64,000 nt of DNA from Tubiluchus corallicola. Lineage: Eukaryota > Animalia > Priapulida. The translations under genes were made by a program, and so were the position numbers. Shown here in pieces: positions 52,701 to 61,700 of the stretch. The DNA is taken from positions 310,001 to 374,000 of the forward strand of contig JAQGDQ010000090.1 of the NCBI GenBank assembly GCA_030141605.1. The letters run 5' to 3'. The stretch's first letter is position 1. The number at the start of each line of letters is the position of its first letter. Under the pieces are notes generated by a model, which worked only from the letters and a program-made list of their open reading frames with translations, had not been told where the DNA came from and searched no databases.

Positions 52701-55700
52701 TCAAAGTGACATGGACAGCTCTAGGGAGAGCAGTGGAAAATGTAAATGATGACAGGTATGTGAATGTGTTATGTAGAAGAAGCAGATCGGTATGTTGCAC
52801 ACAAGATGCTTTACATGGTTGCATTTCTCATGTTAAAACTTTACACGTATGTGCCAGAAATCTTAGTTCACATTTATTTATAATTTTTGTTGCCTTTATT
52901 TTCGTTTATTTTAAACAATACAATATCTACTGTGATTGATACAAACTGTCCTCAAAGTCCACACTTGTTAGAAAGTGACACCAGTAATAGAAAAGGCGAA
53001 ATCAGAACAAAAATTGCGCGGCATGTTGAATTGTCGAGTTTTAACTTTTCAGGAGAACTAATTGTGCTTGACTGCTTTTTCTAAAGTAGTTCATAAAGTA
53101 TCTGTTTCATAAACACACCATTTGTTTTAAAGTATCGTGTTTACAGTGCACACATTGCCATTGCTGTTGTCACTTGTAACTAAAACAATTTAATTTACTT
53201 TTTTAGGATAACAAAGGCCGAGCAAAAGTCTGAAGATGGCATAATCTCTCAACTTACTGTTACCTCAGCTCAACGGTCTGATACTGGAAATTATAGCTGC
53301 ACTGCCTTAAATGAATATGGGCAAGTGACACGGGTGATCTATTTAAAAATTATAGGTACATGTTATTTATCAATCATACTTATAAGTAAATTCCACGTTG
53401 GTGGTTAAACAGTGAGGGATAGCTCAGAGGGTGATGGTATGTGCTCAGCATCTGAAGTTAAGTAGCAGTGCAGCAAATGGATGGAAACTGCCAAGGAAAA
53501 CTGCTTCTGGATGTTTTTGTCTGCCATCTGCACCCTGACATTTACCTCATTGAGGGAGGGTGTATAGTATTGCATATGTCGAACGTGAACGAGATGCCAG
53601 TATCATTTCATTGTCTCTGTTCTTGTCCCTCTTTTTTGTCATTGTGTCCTGATTTGAATGAAGAAGCCTGAATGTAGAGTGCTGAGCACAGAGTGCTAAA
53701 AAATTGCCTTTTGCATGCAATCAAAAATAACCCGATCTTTCAATATTATAATATCTTCCAACATTCCGATCTCCCAATAACCTGAGTTTTATTATAAGAC
53801 TGAAATTTTAGAAATTTTCAACTTTTTTTCCAAAATACATTATGTAGTGTACTTAGCAGCAGTTTAACATACTTCACTGACATGGCTAAGTTGATGCATG
53901 TATATTTTCGAGAAAGAGAATCTTTCATTGAGATTTGGTTTTTAGGTAAACCTGAAGCTCCGGGATCGGCGTCAGTGTCTAGTCATAGTAGTCGATCAGT
54001 TACTCTTTCCTGGACAAAACCAGATGACGGAAACAGTCCAATAACGAAGTACATGGTAGAGTTTAAAAAGGGCAATTTGGGTAAGTATTTTTATGTTTTT
54101 ATTGGGTAGCTGTAACTTGTTCTTTGGCTCTAAAGCAGTGATTATAATTGTAACTAATTTTTCTAATTTTCTAAAAATCTCTGTCAAAGATCTATGAAGT
54201 AAATGTACAGTGCCTCATAATATATATATATATATTATTCTTGGTGTTATGAACCATATTTATTTGTTAATAGAAGTACTTATCCAAATTCAGCAAGCTG
54301 TCTTTGGAAAAATGGTCGTTTGTGGACCTAGGCTACGACCAGCATCAGACATGTGATGATAGCAGTGATGAATGCTGACTGGTAACAGTGCAAAGAAATG
54401 TAGTTCGGAGTTAATACACTTACATCTTTTTTTCTTAGACACCTGGAAAAATGCCGAAAGTGTTGAGTCACCTGCAATCTCTACAGAGATGACCATTCTT
54501 GAATTGAGGCCAGCTCACACGTATCAGCTTCGAGTGCTGGCCGTAAACGTTGTTGGTCAGAGTCCACCCAGTGATGTTCTGACTGTTACCACTGATGAAG
54601 AAGGTATGTTTCGACTTCCAAGGAGGGACAGCATTCCTTTCAGGAATGGATTTGACAGATGCAATGCAAATTATTCGTCTTCAAGTCTAGGGGAGGGGGA
54701 GTGAAGTCTCTAAACATGGAATTTTCAATTTTAAAACATTTGCATTAAAATGTGTAATTATAATAAACTAACTTAGAACAGATGCATTACAAACAAGGAG
54801 GCGAGGTGACAGATATAAAACATCTGGTAGAATGTTCAGAGATACTCTGGAATCTTTATGGGTTATAGCTTCCTGTCCTGGCTAGGCATTTGTCATTATA
54901 ATTTTTGACACTGGAAAACTTTCTGAGTCATGCTTGCTAATTTGAGTTGCTACTTCTTTTTGCAGTACCCGAAGGCCCTCCTTTGGAAATTGAAGTCGAA
55001 CCGACCAGTTCTCAGTCACTTAGAATTAGCTGGCAGGTAAGTGACATTTATTTGTTATGCAATGTGGCACAGTGGATACCGAAATTCAGCATTAAACGAC
55101 AGGGCCTATTACTAGATGTGGATGTTTGCAGTGAGTCACACGGCACGTGGAACATAGCTCAGTATTTTCTCAAAAGCTATTTTCTCTATGATAAGGCACT
55201 GAACCGACAGAGAAATCTTAGATACTGTTGGATATAAATACATCTTCCATCGCCGATGTGAACAATGAGCACGCCTGCAACAGCAATGTTGAAGCTAGTG
55301 ATTACCTGTTCACTGACTGCCAAGACTTTCCAAATTCCAAATTTTGGTCACCAAAGCACACACCAAGACCACCTTGAACTGCATGAGATATTGCTCTTAA
55401 AAGCATGTCTGGTGTTTTAGTTTAATGGGATTTGTGATTATTAAAACTGATTCCGGCTATCAACACTTGCTACATGCATTTGATGCGAGGCCCTGAACAC
55501 GTAGTTACTATGGTTTTCTTCTCACTTGCAGCCGGCATTGCAAGAGCTAAGGAACGGCAAGCTGAAAGGCTACTACGTAGGCTATAGACAGTGCAGCACA
55601 GACGAGTCCTATCTGTATAACAGGGTGTCCTATTCTGGGGAGGACGGGGATGAAATTGAGCTGGATGACCTGAAGAAGTACACTCGCTATTGTATAATAG

Positions 55701-58700
55701 TGTCGGCATTCAATCAAGCTGGTACAGGGCCCGCATCAAAGGAACGATCCGCTCGTACTTTGGAAGACGGTATGTTGATTTGATTTATTTTGTACGTTAC
55801 AGCCACCACTGAGGCAGTTGTGGAATGGGCAACTCAAGGGCTACTATTTGGGCTACAAGGAGTGTAATACATCCGAACCATATGTTCACTTAACCGTACC
55901 GTTTTCCAAGGAGACCGGCGAGGCCCTGCTGTTGAAGTATCTAAAACCTAACATGAGATATTGTTTAGTAATTGAGTCGTTCAATGCGAAGGGTAAAGGG
56001 CCAAAGTCGGATGAATTTTCTGCTAAAACCCTGGAAGATGGTATGTAAATATTATCAGAAATAATGTTGAAATTTCCGTACACTAATGTTTATGTACAAA
56101 ATTGATAATGAATGTCTATAAATTATAATGTAGTGCTTAGGCCTGTAACGTGTACATCGATGTGCACTCGCCATGTGATAATATGAGTCAATGATATTCA
56201 GCAAATTAGTTGACATTTTATTGACAACAACGATGTGAAGTAATTCAAGTTGTAGCTGTAGAGTGTATTGCAAATACCTATCAATCGGTGCTTTTATCAA
56301 GCATTTGACTTGACACGGACTAGCAGCCAAGGTTGAGAATGCACGGTCTTTAATCTGTAGTAGGCTAATTACGTTGATTGAATATAAACTTGAGAGAGAA
56401 ATGGCATTGAGAGAGAAATGGCAAACTTGAAGCAGAAAATGCTCAAGCAACTTTTAAACCTAAAGTATTGATAAAGTATGGACGAGTAAAATAAGAAGTA
56501 GTAAAGTTTTTCTAGTGGCTCACAATGCAAACAATAGTCTACACATTATGCAAGCGATATACAAAAATCAAACACAATGGAGTTATTTTAGCATTTAGCA
56601 ATCCTAAAACTGTTGGTTGATAAATTTATTTAGCATTCATTATCAACTCCTTCATCCAGATTCTACTTGGAAACAGTAAAGTCTGCAAACCCTTAACCCT
56701 TGTGATACGCATCGTATCATGAGGTTAGTATCGTGATATAAATCGTATCGTGACCTAGGTGTATTGTTACAGCCCTTGTAGCACTGTAGTAGGGGTAATG
56801 GCTAGCTATCATTCTTGATACAGATTTCACTGTATTTTATAGTACCAAATGCCCCGCCACAGAAAATCAAGGTGGGTCCTGTAGGATCAACAGTAATAAT
56901 GGTAGAATGGTTGCCACCACCATCTGAAAAGATCAACGGTGTTCTCCGTGGGTATAAAGTTGTGTACAGCAAAGTTGTCACAGACCTGTTTGCTGAAGGT
57001 GAGCATTTGTTTTTCTCTTATTCCTTTATAACTTTTTATTGTAACTGTGTAGTTAAATTGAATAAGCTCATTAAGCTTCATAGGATGGAAATAGGCCCAT
57101 AATACCATGAAAGAATGAAGAAATCCTCAGAGTAGTGTTTTTGGATGACTTTCACTTTGGAATAGTAGTTTTGATAGGCCCCTTTTGAGCGCTGTATTAT
57201 CAAGAATTTTCACAATTAGCATCAGTTTCATACCTATATAAACTGTTTGAACTTTTTGGGGACTAGACTTTTTAAAGCCAAAAGTTTTTAGCCACATTTT
57301 CTTATTCACTTGTAATTTACAGTAATTATAGGAATGAAAACTAGTTTTGTCCATTGTTTAAATTTTATCTGGCTGAAGATATCTCACTTTTTTTGAACAA
57401 ATACACTCTTTGGTGAAGCATCCTGACAAATTTATGGGATATTTTGCTTTCTGTTTGCAGACGATGTTGATCCGATGGTCAAGGAAGAAAAGGGCACAAA
57501 GACGAACATTCATGGTTTACAGATGTACACGAACTATAGTGTGCAAGTATTGGCATTTACTGGTGCAGGAGATGGAATGACGAGCGATCCCATTTATGCC
57601 AGGACATACCAAGATTGTATAACAATATTTTTCATAAAAAATCTTCTTTATTTTTTTCAGTTACAACACATAGCAGTGTTTAAATATCTGTGTTTATTGT
57701 CAGTCATATATGTGCCATTCTTGATATTTTTAAATAAGGTAAGAATAATGAGAGAAAGATAGAGAGACAAGCAAATTTTAAATTTTAGCAGTGTAAGAAA
57801 AGGATCAAGGTATTTAATTTTTCAAATATGTCTTTATATATATATATATTTATATATGTATTTTTGTATTAAGTTATGATTGTTGTAAAGTGAAACTTGC
57901 TTTTTATTACATAATTTATTACATAACATATTTTAGCAGAACTATTTGCACTATTCTTCTCGCCATCTTCTTTATTCTTACTTATTCTTACTATTCTTGT
58001 TTGTATTGCATTAACATTAAAGAGAAAGAAAATTTCTACCTTTGAATCACTAAAAAATTTTCTTTTCCAGTTACATCTGTCTTTCACAAACAAGTGAGAA
58101 ATATGCTAATTAATATAACTTTGTATGAAACCTTTTCTGGACACACTTTAACATTTCCTTTTCTTCCCCTTTACCATAATTTACAATGCAAATTTTCTTT
58201 GTTTACAGTACCAAGCTATCCATCTAAGATTAAAGCAGTGTCTTCCGGTGATAATTCCATTACGATTTCATGGCTTCCACCTTTGCATCCGAATGGAATA
58301 ATTACCAAATACACGGTGTACATGAAATATCCCAATGGAAAACAGGTTAGTCATCATAAGATTCTAAAAATATGTAACTATGTATCCTATTTCTGTTTTC
58401 AAAAAGTCAATATTCACAACTCTTAATTGGCAAGTTTATAATTCTTGTATCCTTAACATACATATGTTTCCTATGCATATGTAAGTCCCTCTGCATTTTT
58501 GTTTTTTTCTACACGTAGCGAAAAACTGATTTGCCAGTTTCCCCACTATGGTACGAGATCAGTGGCGTGAGAAGTGAGAAGGTGTACACATTTTGGATGA
58601 CTGCCTGGACAAGCATTGGTGAAGGTCCCATAACAAACAAAGTTCAAGCATCGGCTACACGTAAAAGTATGCCTCTTCTCTCCTTTTTTGTGCTATGATG

Positions 58701-61700
58701 TCCTTAAGTTTGTCATTTGTAACCAGCCTTTGAAGACAGCAAGGTAGTTTTATTTCAGCCACTGCCAAGGAAATGAACATCTGAGCAATATAGTGATAAA
58801 GTCAATTAATCAATATAATTATAATTGATTTGGGTTTTTGTTTCCAATCACCGATTACTTTTTCAGCTGTCAACGCAAATTGCTTTTATCGCCATTGCTA
58901 TTTTTACTTATTTCTCAGAAGAACACTAAAAATCGCATGATAAAAATAGCTGTTGTTGCAGTGAAATCAAGTAATATGGCACTGCCTTTGTATAGTAACT
59001 TATCGTTCTGGTGGCACAGCTTAGATGTGAATGTTTCTCATAAGTTAGAGCTCGTGATTCTTGTAATCAGAAATGAGTCAGTTTTGTTGGACTGTTTTGT
59101 AAACTTCAATCTGTTCTTTAATGTAATAAATTAATACAATAAAGTCGTTAAACTTATTCCTTACTACCTTTTCTACTAACATTGTAATTAAAACCACTGC
59201 GGTTAAGAAACAAACCTGCTACACTCAAAGTGGTATTTTTTAAAAATGTTGACATTACTATAGTTACTATTTTTTTGTGCCCGAAAGCCGATCACAATCG
59301 ATTATCGAATTGATTTTGTTTCTAATTAGTCGATTACGAAAATGAAACTGATGTCCATCACTACTGGGCAGTATCATTTGCGCATCAGAATTTTGAAAAG
59401 TTTTGTTTCGATAGTAATATCTAAGTTTGTTTTAAAAACTTTTGGTAAGAAACTTCTTTCACTTTTTTTATTGTATGTTTCAGTTCCTGCAAAAATTGTC
59501 AGTATTAGCAGAAAGATAGTTGCTCCCTGGAACACAGATGTGCTGCTGCCTTGTAAAAGTGTAGGAAGTCCAACACCAAGAACGCAGTGGGAGCGCGGGT
59601 ATGTTGTACTTGATTCGCAGCATATTCCTCTGTGTGTATCTTTTTGTTGCGCACCTTTTTTACATATTTTATTCATTGGTTGCAGTGCCATTACTATTTT
59701 CCGTTAGCATTTTACATTATGATACAGTATGATGTTTTGTTTTGTAAAGGGCGGTGCTGGATGATATCAAAAAGGAAGCCACTACAGCATCAATGGAGTA
59801 TCTCAAAAATGGTTCGCTTTTACTAAAATCAGTTCAGCTAACACACGGTGGAAATTACACTTGCAAGAGCTCCAATTTGCATGGCAGGGATCAGATAACA
59901 CACATCGTTGATGTAAAAGGTAATTAATTGTATATGGCATTGATAACAAGTTGTCTAATCCGAAAAAAGCAATTTTTATTATTGAAATAACCGACAAAAA
60001 CTTTATTGCATTACTCCACTTTATTTTCAGCACCTCCTTATCCACCATCAATTTTGGTTGCTCCCGTTACTATGGATGCTGCAAAGGTTACCTGGGACAC
60101 CGAATCAGATGGGGGCAGCAAAATTAAAAGTAAGATGAAAGCATTCTTATATTTTAGACTTGAAAGAGAATTTTTTTATCTAAGATTTTGGTTGATAACT
60201 GATGTTACTTGACTTTTATTCTTTTTAGATGTCTTTGTTAATTACAAGAAAGAATTTGGTGAATGGCAGAAATTGGGCATAGCAATGAGAAATAGCTCTT
60301 TTATGGTGAAAAACTTACTTTGCGGAACAAGTTATGAATTCTCTTTGTCTCTTGGAAACCGAATTGGCATCAGCTCACCTAGCAAAACCGTCAAAATTAA
60401 AATGCCAGGCTCAGGTAATGTTAGAAGGTTTTTTGTGAAAGCAAAAAAGCGGAACCAAACTTTTGTATCATAACACAAAATTGGACAGCACAAAACACAT
60501 GATGTTGAAAGTGTCACTTTTTAGAATGGCTTTCATTGAGTAATATTACCTGAAATGTTGAATTTCCTTAGTTTTATAATGTTGTATGCTTACAGCCTTC
60601 ATTTTATATAGATATCCATCATTGCACAGTTTTTCGTAACATGTCGTGCAAAAAGGACACATCTTCCAGATGATCAGAGTTACAGGCAAACATACTTTGC
60701 GAACCAATCATTACATCATTTGCAAAGTCGCTCATCAGCCCAACTATGAATTTAGAATTTCAATGTCACTGTAACATAGTAATCTAAACATCAGCATCCA
60801 ATAATCTTCATATAACTAAACAATGCACATAGAACCACCATTAGAAAATTAAACTCATTGGAATCTCTTTGGTCCTTGCAATTTACATTTTTAAATTAAT
60901 ATTTAGATTATATTAGAAACATTCTAGTAATTATTACATATAATAAGCTAGGTTTTAGAGACCAGAGCCATTGTCTAAACTTTAAAGAATCATCCTGGTT
61001 TGCTTTAACATGTTGCAAAAGTTTTTAGGGTTATGTGCATTTATGTATTTAATTTAACAGCAAAGGATGCTCATCTGTTACTTTCAAGCAATGGACTGTC
61101 TGTTAACACTTTTTTGTAATTTAAGATTTCAATCAGTTTCTTATGATCATTTTTTATCTTATTTTAGTGCCGGTTGCCCCGTTGCAAGAACGGTTTGTCA
61201 TTATTGATTCTACTAATGTTGAACTCGATCTCTCTGAATGGAAGGATGGTGGCTGTCCTATTAAAAGCTTTGACGTCAGTTATCAAATACCTGGAGAATC
61301 TGCGTGGAAAGCAGTTGCAAATGACGTAGATCCGAACAAGAAATTGCTCAAAATTACCGATTTGCATCCTGGAGACGAATATTTTTTAAGAGTCATTGCT
61401 CACAATGATGCTGGATCGGCTACGGCAACGTATGAATTTGCCACATTGACAGCTGGTAGGTTAAGCTAGTCATTAATCAATGATATACTGTTGTCATACA
61501 GTAGTAATGCTTCTAAGAAATGAAATGCTTAATGAAGTTATTCTGGCATCAATGTACAACAAAGAAAGATCTCTGGGGGTGTGAACTCAGTTTCAGTAAA
61601 ATGTTCAAATTAAACCAAAAGAAGAGCGTAACAAATTTTCCAAACAGTGCATTTTTAAATATTACTGCTGCCTTGTAAATGAATATACGAATTATTTTGC

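Noticed and set aside
56700-56776. atcgtatc-rich patch ending ttacagccct (similar patch at 59280-59365)
   Set aside because: Looks like a single decayed transposon end. No partner TIR was found, so it is not annotated.
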